Shown here: positions 1-11,494 of the stretch, piece after piece
Numbering within the stretch: the stretch's first letter is position 1
Layout: every line of letters starts with the position of its first letter
From: Eledone cirrhosa
Lineage: Eukaryota
DNA: 64,000 bases
NCBI GenBank assembly: GCA_964016885.1
Contig: OZ024741.1
Coordinates: 198,400,001 to 198,464,000 of the forward strand
Reading direction: 5' to 3'
Program-made: the position numbers and the translations under genes
Notes under the pieces: model-generated
What the model was told of the DNA's origin: nothing
Database searches by the model: none
Seen by the model: the letters and a program-made list of their open reading frames with translations, nothing else

Positions 1-169
1 AGAAATAGCCGTCGAAACGGCTTCAGCTCTGCCGTCGGGGTCATACCTTTTCCTATTACCCACTCTACTACCCTAAGTATTGAGTACTCTGGTGCGTTAT
101 GGCCCATCCATCTGGTGCGTTATGGTTCCTTACCACAACTCCTTCGTTATATATATATATATATGTATA

Positions 170-275
170 CTAGCTGGCCTGTCCGGCTGGCGCCCGGCAA
201 TGTGTACCTGCCCCCACCATTCCACTGCAAAGATACCACACACCCTCCCGTGTCACATTGTCCTTCCGACTATCC

Positions 276-333
<58 letters not shown>

Positions 334-1515
334 CAATTCTCAGACCGGGTGATGTGTTGTTTCCTTGAGCAAGACACTTTATTTCACATTGCTCCAGTTT
401 ACTCAGCTGTAGAAATGAGATGATAGGGACTAGGGTCCCTATCATTCCACTACAAAGTGGTCGTGGAGGTGCCACGGCAAAAATGCACCCACCAGTCACT
501 GTAAATGAGGTTGGTGTTAGGAAGGGCATCCAGCTGCAGAAATCAAGCCAGAGTCAGTTCCTGTCCCACCCTTGCAAGCAGGGAAAAAGCGGACGTAAAA
601 TGAAATGATGATGATGATGATATATATATTGAAGGGAGATACGGAAACTAAAACAGTGTTGTCATATAGAGAGTGAGGAGCGACAGAGTGAATAAAGCAG
701 TTAAATTATAGAGAGGGGGAATGATCTTACATACATACATATAAAGTATAGATATGTGTGTGTGTGTGTTTGTGTATGTGTGTATCTGCATGTGTGTGTC
801 TGTGTTTTGTTTTGATGGTATCCGGCAATTGGCGAAATCAGGTGTGAAAGTATATGTATTTGTGTGTGTGTGTGTGTGTTACTTATGCGAACGACAACAG
901 AAAACATGTGTGGGATACATACATTATTACATTTGTATTTTCGTTCTGCAACCATTATATTATGATATTTGTATCCAAATGATTTTAGATGTATGTATTA
1001 CCTGCTTGCCCATCCCTCTGTTTCTCTTTCCGTCTCTCTCTCTCTCCTCTCTCCCTTTAGATGTGTGTGTGTGTAGCTTTCCTAATCTGTCTCTTTCACT
1101 CTCTGTCTCTCTAAGAGGGTTGCCTTTTGATGTATGTATTACCTGCCTGTGTGTTGACCGAATTTGAAGGAGGTTATCCTTTTGAAATAAACATACATAC
1201 GACGCTCATCTCAATGTTAACATATTGAAGGTAGATACGGAAAGTAAAAGAGTGTTGTCATATAGAGAGTGGAGAGAGACAGAGAGTAAAGCAGTTAAAT
1301 TATAGAGAGGGTGAAAGAGGGGGAGAGAGAGAGAGAGAGAGAGACGACACTCAGCTTTATAATATATGAGAGTGAAGAGCGACAGAGAGAGTAAAGCAGT
1401 TAAATTATAGAGAGGGGGAAGAGCGATAGAGAGAGTAAAGCTAAGAAACTATAGGGAGGTGTGTAGGATACATACATACATAATACATACACACTCAGCT
1501 TTATAATATTATAGA
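170..1515 (-). mobile_element. Non-autonomous Helitron with both termini, interrupted by a SINE at about 333-621
   Basis: The minus strand begins A|TCTATAATATTATAAAGCTGAG at 1515 and ends with hairpin CCGGGCGCCAGCCGG...CAGCTAG|T at 170. This fits an A/T insertion site with no TSD. The interior has internal duplications and microsatellites. Confidence 0.65.
333..621 (+). mobile_element. 5'-truncated tRNA-derived SINE (family B) with RTE-type 3' tail
   Basis: Body CCTTGAGCAAGACACTTTATTTCACATTGCTCCAG is shared with 1522-1677, 4252-4563 and 56990-57283. Tail GTTAGGAAGGGCATCCAGCTG...GGACGTAAAA(TGA)n matches RTE 3' ends in this window. Confidence 0.75.
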
Positions 1516-1521
1516 TATATG

Positions 1522-1677
1522 TGCGCATGGCTTAGTGGTTAGAGCATTGGGTTTCCAATCGAAAGATTGTGAGTTCAATTCTAGGACCGGGTGATGTGTT
1601 GTTTCCTTGAGCAAGACACTTTATTTCACATTGCTCCAGTTTACTCAGCTGTAGAAATGAGATGATAGGACTGGGGT
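1522..1677 (+). mobile_element. tRNA-derived SINE (family B), head and body
   Basis: A-box-like TGGCTTAGTGG and B-box-like GAGTTCAATTC, followed by the family B body. Confidence 0.75.
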
Positions 1678-3589
1678 CTTCTGTATTACTGCGTGGCACC
1701 AAAGATCTCAATCCAGTGACATTGTCTTAGAGAGATGCAAGTGTGCAAGGTCAGAATTTATCATGTGGTCCCAGGTTTTTCTGGGTCTACCTACTCCATA
1801 ATTTCCATCAATTTTGATCGCCCTGCACTTTTTTATACAACTGTCGTCTTTAATGCGCATCACGTGACCATACAAACGTAATCTTCTCTCAAGTAAACAG
1901 CATCTGATCCCTCTTATTCCTAATTTAGTTCATTTATGTTTTGCCATTTGTGTATATTACTATTACACATCCAACGGTGCATGCATGCCTCGTTACTTTC
2001 CAGTCTGCGCAGGTCCTCTGCACACAATGCCCATGTCTCACTGCCATGTAACATTGCTGTTCGTATACAGGCATCATACAATCTGGCTTTCATTTTTAGA
2101 GAGAAACCTTTTGTGGCCAACAGTGATATAAGCTCTCTGAACTTTTTCCATCTCGTTCTAACTCTGGCTACTGTACTTTCAAAGCACCCTCCACCACTGC
2201 TGATTTTGTCACCCAGGTAACGGAAAGTGTCCACTATTTCTATAGAACCATCTGGGCAGTAGAAGGAGCTAGTATCCTGTGGGCACTTGCTACTTATTGC
2301 ACCTGAGCATCGGCCACATATAAAATCTACGTTCTTAGATAGCTTGCCTGTGATCCCACTATATCTTTTATGTACCCATAGTTTGCATTTGGGACATAAA
2401 ATTGAATTTCTACCTACTCCTTTCCTACACACTGAGCATGGCCATTTGCTAGAGGGCACCTGTGCCCTATTTTCCTTTCTACATACTAGAACTTTAGTCT
2501 TAGACAGGTTAACTTTCAGGCCTTTTGATTCTAGGCCATGCTTCCATGTTTGGAATTTCTTCTCTAGTTCAGCCATAGATTCAGCTATGAGAGTTAGATC
2601 ATCTGCATATAGAAGCTCCCATGGGCAGCCAGTCTTAAACTCCTCTGTTATAGCTTGAAGGACAATAATAAACAGGAGGGGGCTAAGGACAGAGCCTTGA
2701 TGAACACCAGCTTTTATGCTAAATTCTTCACTATATTCGTTGTTAATTCTAACCTTGCTGACTGTTTCTTTATACATGGCTTGTATAGCTCTCACAAGCC
2801 ATTCATCTACACTTAGTTTTCTAAGAGCCCACCAGATATTGGAGCAGGGGAATCTGTCAAAGGCTTTCTCCAAGTCAACAAAAGCTAAGTAGAGGGGGTT
2901 TACTTTTAGCTAGGTATTTCTCCTGTAGTTGTTGTACAAGGAATAGAGCATCTGTGGTACTTTTACCTGACACAAATCCAAACTGCATTTCATCTAGATC
3001 AATTCGATCTCTGATTAGTTGTGCTAAAACTCTTTCTGTAACCTTCATGACCTGGTCAACTAACTTAATGCCTCTATAGTTTCCCCTATCTAGAGCATCT
3101 CCTTTACCCTTGTAGCAGTTAATGATTCTATTGCTATGCAGTCATTTGGTATGACCCCATTCTGTATTACTTGGTTTATTATCATACCATAGTATGTGCC
3201 ACCATTCCAGATGCTTTTAACATCTCAGCAACTATCTCCAAAGGCCCAGCTGCCTTGCCTGTCTTCATATCTTTGATTGCCTTACTTATACTACCATTAA
3301 CTTGCACCGCTGGTCCCTCTATTGGATCGATTTGGGGCAGACTATCTTTTTCCCATTTATTCTCCTCATTTAGTAGTCTCTCGTAGTGACACTTCCAAGC
3401 TACCTTCTTATCAGTATCAGTGAGGGCAAGTACAATGTCATCCTTACAGGCACACTTCTCCCCAACAATATCACGGTTTTCCTTGACACATTGTCTTGCA
3501 ATCCTGAACACCTCACATTTTTGGTCCTCGTGTTGTAGAACATGCTTCAACTTTCTATCCTCTGCTTTCCTTCTTGCAAAGTATACTTG
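1678..3589 (-). mobile_element. RTE-clade LINE fragment (RT plus PHD finger), frameshifted
   Basis: ORF pieces contain DLEKAFD, GVHQGSVLSPLLF, LLYADD, the C4HC3 finger WPCSVC...CGRC, and FRYLG. Confidence 0.92.
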
Positions 3590-3628
3590 TCATATATATA
3601 TATATATGTATATATTTATATATATATA

Positions 3629-4108
3629 TCATCATCATCATCATCAACGTTTAACGTCCGTGTTCCACGCTTGCATGGGTTTGGACGGGGGTATTCCCAC
3701 TTGAGGCAAGAGTGATTGTCTTGCTCGCATAGGACTGTCTGGCAGGTTTTCTACAGTTGGATGCCCTTCCTAACACCAACCACATTTACAGTGTGGGACT
3801 GGGAGGTTTTTATCGTGTTGCCTACACGGCCACATTACAGCGTGGACTGTGTGTTTTTTTGTCGTGACACCTACACGATCTCATTTGTTTCGGCCTGGAT
3901 GTTGTGGGACCAACATAACTTTACATTGAAAGGGGCGGTGTGGATGGGGTGGGGGTGGTGGGACGGGGTGTATTTTGTTAGAGATGCCTACTGGCTGTAG
4001 TAGGTTTTATTATGTATTTAGGTAAGGCGGGTCTTCTCTGTTACTGAGTACCGCCAAAGGTCTCGGTCCAGTGACATTGTCTTGGAGAGGTGTAAGTGTG
4101 TGAGGTCG

Positions 4109-4110
<2 letters not shown>
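3629..4110 (-). mobile_element. RTE LINE 3' end and 3' UTR
   Basis: Near-identical to the 3' UTR of the 11495-14060 copy; ends in (GAT)n. Confidence 0.85.
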
Positions 4111-4153
<43 letters not shown>

Positions 4154-4251
4154 GGAAAAATTTGAACAGGAACAAAACAGAGAGGCAGTACAACGAATGT
4201 TTATTAATTTCACGCTCTTGAGAGTGGGGTGGTGGTGGGGAACGACGTTTC

Positions 4252-4562
4252 AGGCATATGGTTTAGTAGCTAGAGAGTTGGATTCACAATCAAGAGATTG
4301 TGAGTTTGATTCTCAGACCAGCAATGCATTGTGTCCTTGAGCAAGACACTTTGTTTCATGTTGCTCCAGTTCACTCAAAATGAGTTGCAACAACACTGGT
4401 GCCAAGCTGTATCAGCCTTTGCCTGTTCCTTGGACAACATTGCTGGCGTGAAAAGGACTGGTAGTCTTCCACAAAAATACACCTTGCCCTGGATGTGCCT
4501 CAGATGGAACTTTCTAAGTGCAAAACTCAAGGCCATTTGTGACCGAAGGGGGGGTCTTTACC

Positions 4563-4563
<1 letters not shown>
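4252..4563 (+). mobile_element. tRNA-derived SINE (family B variant with a different tail)
   Basis: TGGTTTAGTAG A-box, GAGTTTGATTC B-box, and GTCCTTGAGCAAGACACTT body. Confidence 0.6.
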
Positions 4564-4603
<40 letters not shown>

Positions 4604-4939
4604 TACATCCTGCCAGTAAGCCTCTGATTCCCTTTCCCCACCATAAAACTCAGGTCCTCACCTGCCAATATATTCTTGATTTCTTCGCCCATCCTATGCC
4701 AACATGGAAAACTTGGATTAACCTTGACTGATTCACCTTTCCTGCTAAACCCTGACACTTTCCCAACCCATGAAAGCCTAGCACACTCTAAAATAACAGA
4801 CACCTACTGACAAGAACATCCCACAATATATCAGATACCATCCACTTTCTTCATGGCTGCCTCTATGACACGCTCCCCAGCACTGTGATATCCCTGTACC
4901 CTAACCCAAAACATGCCTCCCTAGAAAGACACTAAGCAC

Positions 4940-5210
4940 TTTAGTGGTGGCGCCATGGCAAAAGCACCCAGTCCAGTCTGTAAGGTGGTGTACTTGTGCC
5001 ACAATAAAAAGCACCTAGTCCACCCTGTAAGGTGGTAGTGCTGGTGTCATGCTGAAAATACTCCAGTACTTGCTGTAAAGTGGTTAACGTTAGGAAGGGC
5101 ATCCAACTGTAGAAACCATGTAGTCATCTGAACAGTCTAACCTTAGTATATGACAGCCTGTCTAATCAATGAAAGCATGGAAAATAGATGTTAAACAGGG
5201 ATGATGATAA
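4940..5210 (+). mobile_element. Degenerate RTE-tail/SINE-tail fragment
   Basis: Repeated AAAAGCACCCAGTCC..CTGTAA modules, GTTAGGAAGGGCATCCAAC, and a GATGAT tail. Confidence 0.6.
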
Positions 5211-5667
5211 TGTATGTGTGTCTTATGCCTGAGTGTCTATATTTGTACCCTGTATCTTAGATGTCAGACAAAAAAAGAAATCAATAAATTAAGTACTAGA
5301 CTTGAAAAAATAAGTACTGTAATCAATGTAGTTAACTAAATCAAGGCATTGCCCCAGCATGGCCACAGTCTAATGACTAAAACTAGTAAAAGTATAACTC
5401 TTTATTTCCTGGGCCTCAAGACATGTTTTTATTTTATATATAATTTCATACAATTATATTTTCTGAATATATCACTCTATGCATTTACTACTACACCGAG
5501 GTTATTACTACTACGCCAAGATTAACTTTGCCTTTCATCCTTATGGGATCGATAAAATAAAGTACTAGTAATACACTGGGATAATTGCTGGCCTTGTGCC
5601 AGTAGTAGAAACAATTATTACTACTACAGGATACACTGTAAAATTTCTGTTCTTATATTTCCTCTAG

Positions 5668-5810
5668 GAAGTAGATGTTGGACTTGCAGCTGATGTTGGC
5701 ACACTACAACGTTTACCAAGAATTATTGGAAACAACAGCCTTGTTAGGGAGCTGGCATATACAGCAAGATCTGTAACTTCCGATGAAGCACTTGATGTTG
5801 GTCTTGTGGG
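5668..5810 (+). CDS. ECH1: ECH1-like delta3,5-delta2,4-dienoyl-CoA isomerase, internal exon
   Basis: Acceptor ttcctctAG at 5666-5667. Translates EVDVGLAADVGTLQRLPRIIGNNSLVRELAYTARSVTSDEALDVGLVG, a crotonase-family segment matching ECH1. GT donor at 5811, phase 2. Confidence 0.93.
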
Positions 5811-6879
5811 GTTTGTATCAGGTTTTACCTTTTGAAAACATGTTGTGCTTGTCATCATAGTCATCATCATCTTCGTCTTCTTTTCCTTCACCTTATTCTT
5901 TCTCATAGATTACTGAAAGCATCCCAATTTCTATATAGCTTCCTGTCACTTGCTGTTCATTAAATTGTGAGAAATATTGCCTCTATTTGGGATGTTCAGG
6001 TGCAAATGTAAAACAGTATTTGATTATTTGTTTTTGTCAACCTTCATTGAGTAGATGCTCCATTTGTGACTATCCCATTTAGGACTGATTACATTATCTA
6101 ATGTGTCCTTTCCTTTTTTAAGCTGAAGTATGATTTGAAGGAGATTTGGCTGCTGTTTCTAGCAAGTCAAGCGACACCTTAAAGGCTTCCTCATTGGATC
6201 AATTTCCTTTAAGAATTGCTTTCAAGTGAACTTTATGGTCACCTAAAGGAAAACCACCAGATGAAGAATGGAAATTGTTATGAGAGATTATAAGATGGCC
6301 TGTTGCTAGGGGTGAGGTGGTGCTGGATGGCACTGCCTGCCCAGCCCACTCCTTTACTTTTAAAAAATGCACCCTCATATTTAGGAAAATTTATATTCTT
6401 ATTCCAAAATTCCTTTTTCAATTATTGTGAATTAGAGTACACATCCAGAATGTTCGAAGGTGAGGTGACAGGCCTACTGTCTTTCATTATATATTTTGTG
6501 TGTCGATAAAATAAAGTACCAGTAATGCACTGGGTAATTGCTGGCCTTGTGCCAAAAAGTAGAAAAAATTATGTATTTTGTGTGTGTTGTAAATATTTCA
6601 TTTTTAAATGGTGGATATTAAAGTTCCACATGATATTTCCATTTTATAACAGCAGAAATTTTGCCATCAGCAGGTATAGATAGTGAAAAGGAAATAATAT
6701 ATTGCTCTTTATTTACCAAAAGATACTACTGAGAGGTGATGCCATTTTAACCTGTTTGTCATTGTCATTTGTCATGATAATGATCAGAGGAATAATGGCA
6801 TGCTTCAAGAAATTATATAAAATTTTTCATCAAAAATATTGATTTCAGAAGTGATTTCACCTGATTTTGCCAACCTTTT

Positions 6880-8730
6880 TTTTTCATCCCAAGTCTTCCT
6901 GGGTCTTCCCACTCCACGGCTTCCATCGACTTTGAACACTCTGCACCTTTTTATACAGCTGTCATCCTTTATTTGCACCACATGTCCATACCAATGCAGT
7001 CTCCTCTCCTGCACACTGCATTTGATTCTTCTTGTGCCTAGATTCTCTCTCTCAGTTTGTTTATGCCTTGCTGTTCATGTATATTAATATTAAACATCCA
7101 TCGGAGCATGCAAGCTTCGTTTCTTTACATTCTTCCTTGGTCCTCTGCACAAGCGCTCAGGTCTCACTACCATGCAACATTACTATTCGTATACATGCAT
7201 CATACAATCTGCCTTTCATTTTGAGGGAAAAGCCTTTTTTAGCTAGCAGCTGTAGTAGTTCCCTGAACTTTCTCCATCCCATTCTCACTCTGGCTACTAT
7301 ACTTTCAGAACATCTGTATCCACTGCTAATTTTGTCACCCAGGTAACAGAAACTGTTTACTTCTACAGAGCTCTTTGGGCATTTGAGAGATCTAGTGTCC
7401 TGTGGGCGCTTGCTACTCACTGCACCTGTGCATCAGCCACATATAAAACCTACATTCCTTAACATACATATAAAACCTACATTCCCACTACATCTCTTGT
7501 GTATACATAGCTTGCATTTGGGACATAGGATGGAATTTCTACCTACTCCTTTCCTGCACACAGTGCAAGGCCATTTACCTGAGGGAATCTGGGCCGTTTT
7601 CCTTTCTACATACTAGGACTTTAATATTTGACAAGTTAACTTTGAGACCTTTTGATTCTAGGCAATGCTTCCAGGTTTGGAATTTCTCCTCTAATTCTGA
7701 CATATTTTCGGCTATAAGGGTTAGATCATCTGCATACAGAAGTTCCCATGGGCAACCAGTCTTAAACTCTTCTGTTATAGCCTGCAGAACGATAATAAAC
7801 AGATTTCGTTTGTCGCCTTGTTATCTTTCAGGAATTCCCACTTCTCCTCTATAGTGTAAATCGCTATTTGCTTCTCCTTACCTCTAAATTTTGTTACTGG
7901 TTGTGGGGTCCTTCAACTTTAACGTTCTTCTCCTCCAGGTTGTCCTCTGTCATTGAGTTCATCTAGCCTTAACTGTAAGGTCATTAACTACTAGGTTATG
8001 TTGGGAGGTGCATTCTTCACCAGGGAGGGACTTTGTATTTACAACTGTCACTCTGTCTCATCTTCAGGTAAGGATAAAAATCTATCTGGCTGGTATGTTC
8101 CTCTGATCTATAGGTGATCAAGTGATTGTTTCGTTTTTTGAAGTTTGTATTACAGATAGATAGATCATTGGTGTCACAGAATTCTATAAACCCCATGGAT
8201 CCTATTGAAACCCTTGCGGTGTTGCCTGACATACGCAGTGAAATGGCCTGCAATGATTATGAAATCACTGTTGTGTGCTTTAGGGACTCCTAGAACCTGT
8301 CTTTGTGTACGTCTGGCAGACCATATTGAGGTGTGTAAGCAGATATAATTGGAACGGTTGTTCTATTTAGTACTAGTCTAAGTTTGATGATTCTGTCATT
8401 CACTCTATTTATGTCAATTACCTTATCTACCCATTTCTCTGCTAAAATAATCCTTACTCCACCCAGCCCACTGTCATTTCCTACCCAGAAAAATTTGTAG
8501 GATCATTTTCTGCCCACAATGAATCTAGCTGACATTCCCCTCCATCTAGTCTCTTGTACACAGCTCACATCAACTTTCTTTTGTTCAAGCATCTCAAGAA
8601 TCTCTCCTGATCATCCTTTCATCATGTCTACATTGATGGTGCCAGCTCTGAAGTTATGTAGTTCACCAGAACAGTGAGAGATAGAAGTTGAAAGCTTGGG
8701 GAGGGGAGTGAGAGATGTAAGGTGGATTCA
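6880..8730 (-). mobile_element. Internally deleted RTE LINE in ECH1 intron (APE endonuclease plus RT C-terminus)
   Basis: APE motifs (EFCDTNDLSICNTNFKK, SQIDF) are joined near 7800 to LFIIVLQAITEEF/YADD and to RRLHWYGHV...GRPRKTW. Confidence 0.88.
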
Positions 8731-8983
8731 TATTCATCTTTAGGAATGCTCCATTAGTCATACCAAAAGAACTAAATATCCTACTGAGATGTATGAAAAC
8801 AAATCAGATCTAAAGTCACAATAAACCTTTTACTTGTTTGGATGAATGGATTTTCAACTAACAAAGACTAGTTATATACTATTTACTATTCATTGAAAAG
8901 TTGTTTTATGTTTCTTTTGTCACTCCCTTTATATATCAGAATGAAAAAAGTTTCAAAAATACAATTAACCTCAATTTCCTCAG

Positions 8984-9134
8984 GCGAGTTTTTGATGACA
9001 AACAGCAGTTAATAAGGAGTGTCCTTGATATTGCATCCATAATAGCCACAAAAAGTCCTATTGCAGTTCAAAGTACGAAGAAAAGTTTGCTGTATTCCCG
9101 AGATCATTCCGTGCAAGAAGGTTTGGATAACATT
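8984..9134 (+). CDS. ECH1: ECH1-like, penultimate coding exon
   Basis: Acceptor ttcctcAG at 8982-8983. Phase 2 completes Gly, then RVFDDKQQLIRSVLDIASIIATKSPIAVQSTKKSLLYSRDHSVQEGLDNI. Donor GTAAGT at 9135. Confidence 0.93.
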
Positions 9135-9903
9135 GTAAGTCTATTTAATTTCTTCAAAAATTACTTTTAGTCAGGGACAAATTGTAATAGGGGTGTCATA
9201 CTCATTCATTTGACTATACAGTGTATCCAATAGAGATAGAGCATGTCCACTGAGATGGTGTCTCTATTAGCAGCAGTCACAATATAGCATGGTTCATAAT
9301 AGAGGTGTATATGAAGGTATATACAATATGTTTATGTATAATAAACATATATATGTCTTGCTATGACTGTTTTAAGCTGTGATCATATCACAGCTATCTC
9401 AGTAGCTGTCTGAGAACACCTAACATGAGTATTTAAGGATTTTTTATCCATCATCAGTGATGCTTATTCACTCTGTACTGAGATTAAAATAAAATATAGC
9501 TTACATGATTTTTGCATATAAAACATCTGCTGGAGAAGTTCATTTGCATTGAGTAAACTTATTTTTTTAAATACATACAAAAAATGTGAAGCCCTCATTA
9601 TAACAATTACTTTAAACTAAGTAAATATATTTTAATATATTATTTAACAATTTTAACTATTACCATTTTATTCAACTGATATTTCCCTAATTCATAATAT
9701 ATGTTGGACCTTCCTCAATTTCGACCAGAATGCACTCTTTTGAGTAACATTATTCCAAAGACCATTCAAAGGAACCCCATTTTGGCCACTTGTATTCTGT
9801 CAAAGTAGTTGCATACAAATTTATGATTTGAACAAAAGTTGTGATTTGTTAAATACCCACCTAAAAACAACATACTTTTATGGTAAATTTTAATTTCTTT
9901 CAG

Positions 9904-9987
9904 GCTGCTTGGAATCAGGTTATGTTGCAGAGTGAAGATATTATGAAATGCATAGCAGAAAAGTCACCAATCTTCTCAAAACTTTAA
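9904..9987 (+). CDS. ECH1: ECH1-like, terminal coding exon with PTS1
   Basis: Acceptor ttctttcAG. Translates AAWNQVMLQSEDIMKCIAEKSPIFSKL*, ending in SKL as ECH1 orthologues do. Confidence 0.93.
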   Translation, partial: AAWNQVMLQSEDIMKCIAEKSPIFSKL

Positions 9988-10164
9988 CATTCACCTCTAG
10001 CTGTTCAAATTCATTAATCAAAACATCACAGTCTAATTAATGCCATATTCTATTGGTGTTTTGTAGTTTTACCTATTACCAGATATGGGAAGCTTTACAG
10101 TAATAGTTGATCTGAAAGAACAAATTACCATATCCAAATTAATTAATCCATATTAACTCTGGTT

Positions 10165-10530
10165 TGTCTTATTTTCTTCTTCTTTGGTTACTTATTCCTG
10201 AATGGGTCATCAGGCAGAGTCCTCAGACATGCCTTCCAAAGGGTACCATTTGATGCAACTACCGCCAAATGATCCGTCTGGAACCCCAAGCATGACCAAC
10301 CAAGCTTATGTTATCCAAACATCTTGCCCACTGGTTTTGCCCTGTCAAACTTGTCCAGCAGTTCTTTCCCATGACATTCTAACCACATGTCCATAGTACT
10401 GGAGCTGTGATATCTCAATGTGGAGAAGTAACAGCTCTACCTGGAACGACTCTGTGATCCCTGAACTACACATCCTTATCAAGTAACATTACTCTAGAGA
10501 CTCTTTGGAGATACCCTATTTCAGCCCATT
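10165..10530 (-). mobile_element. Old RTE-clade LINE 3' fragment downstream of the ECH1 stop
   Basis: The minus strand encodes LLLHIEISQLQYYGHVVRM, an RTE C-terminal motif, and ends in (GAA)n-like sequence. Confidence 0.6.
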
Positions 10531-11131
10531 TCTTATGTTAATTAGACATTACACAAAAGGAATTATTTAAAATTTGTTTATTTTGAGTAAAATTACTATT
10601 ATTGTTTAAATGTTCCCAATAATTTGATTTTAAAATAATAATAATGAAATTTTGTGGTACAATCTTGAAAATACTAACAAAATATTACTTGGTAAAAACT
10701 GTATTTCAGTAAAAAATATATTCCATACTGATGATAAATTTTATCAATGCTTTTTCAATTAAACAATATTTGTTTATTGAAGAAGAGTTGCTGAATTATA
10801 ATGTTAGAATGCCTGGCTAATGTACTGTGCCTCTAAGTTTTGTGTTTAATTCTTTGATTATCTTATTTCTAATGAGATACACTATATTTGAATTAGTTAA
10901 TGAAAAATTTGAAGGGATTAACTAAAATTATTATTTATTTCATTATTAAGATAGTATTTGTGACATAACGATAGGCTCTTATATCAAATTATATTTTGAA
11001 TGGTTAAAATTTCTGCCTTCTGAAAAATTGACTTTGTACTTCAAAAGAAATCAATATTTTTCTATTCAAGATACATCTTCTAAATCTTCCTATGTATCAG
11101 TATCTCCTTTCTTAATTATACTGTGTCTTAC

Positions 11132-11137
11132 AATAAA
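11132..11137 (+). terminator. Candidate ECH1 polyadenylation signal
   Basis: AATAAA followed by a T/GT-rich stretch about 1.1 kb after the stop codon. The AT-rich context makes a chance match possible. Confidence 0.25.
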
Positions 11138-11494
11138 AATATGAACTTTTGTGTAAATTGATTATTTTTTTGTTTGTTTAAGTTTCATATTTTCATAAGA
11201 ATGGTTCTTCTTTAAAAACAACATTTCTTAATTGTTTTCAGTGATTTATTAATTATCTGCCATTCTCTCTTGACCTTTTCAATTTTTTTCTATCACCTTC
11301 CTGATTAAGGAATACCAGTTCTTAGGATCAGATTTGGGGAATTAATTCCAAAATAAGATATCATCATGATCATCATCACTGTTTAACATTTATTTTCTAT
11401 GAGAGGTTATCACATTATGAAGCCAGACAAGACAGGTTACTATGTTTTTTTCCTATCACCTCATGAGTTGTTTAAATGATGCTATGAACCCCAC

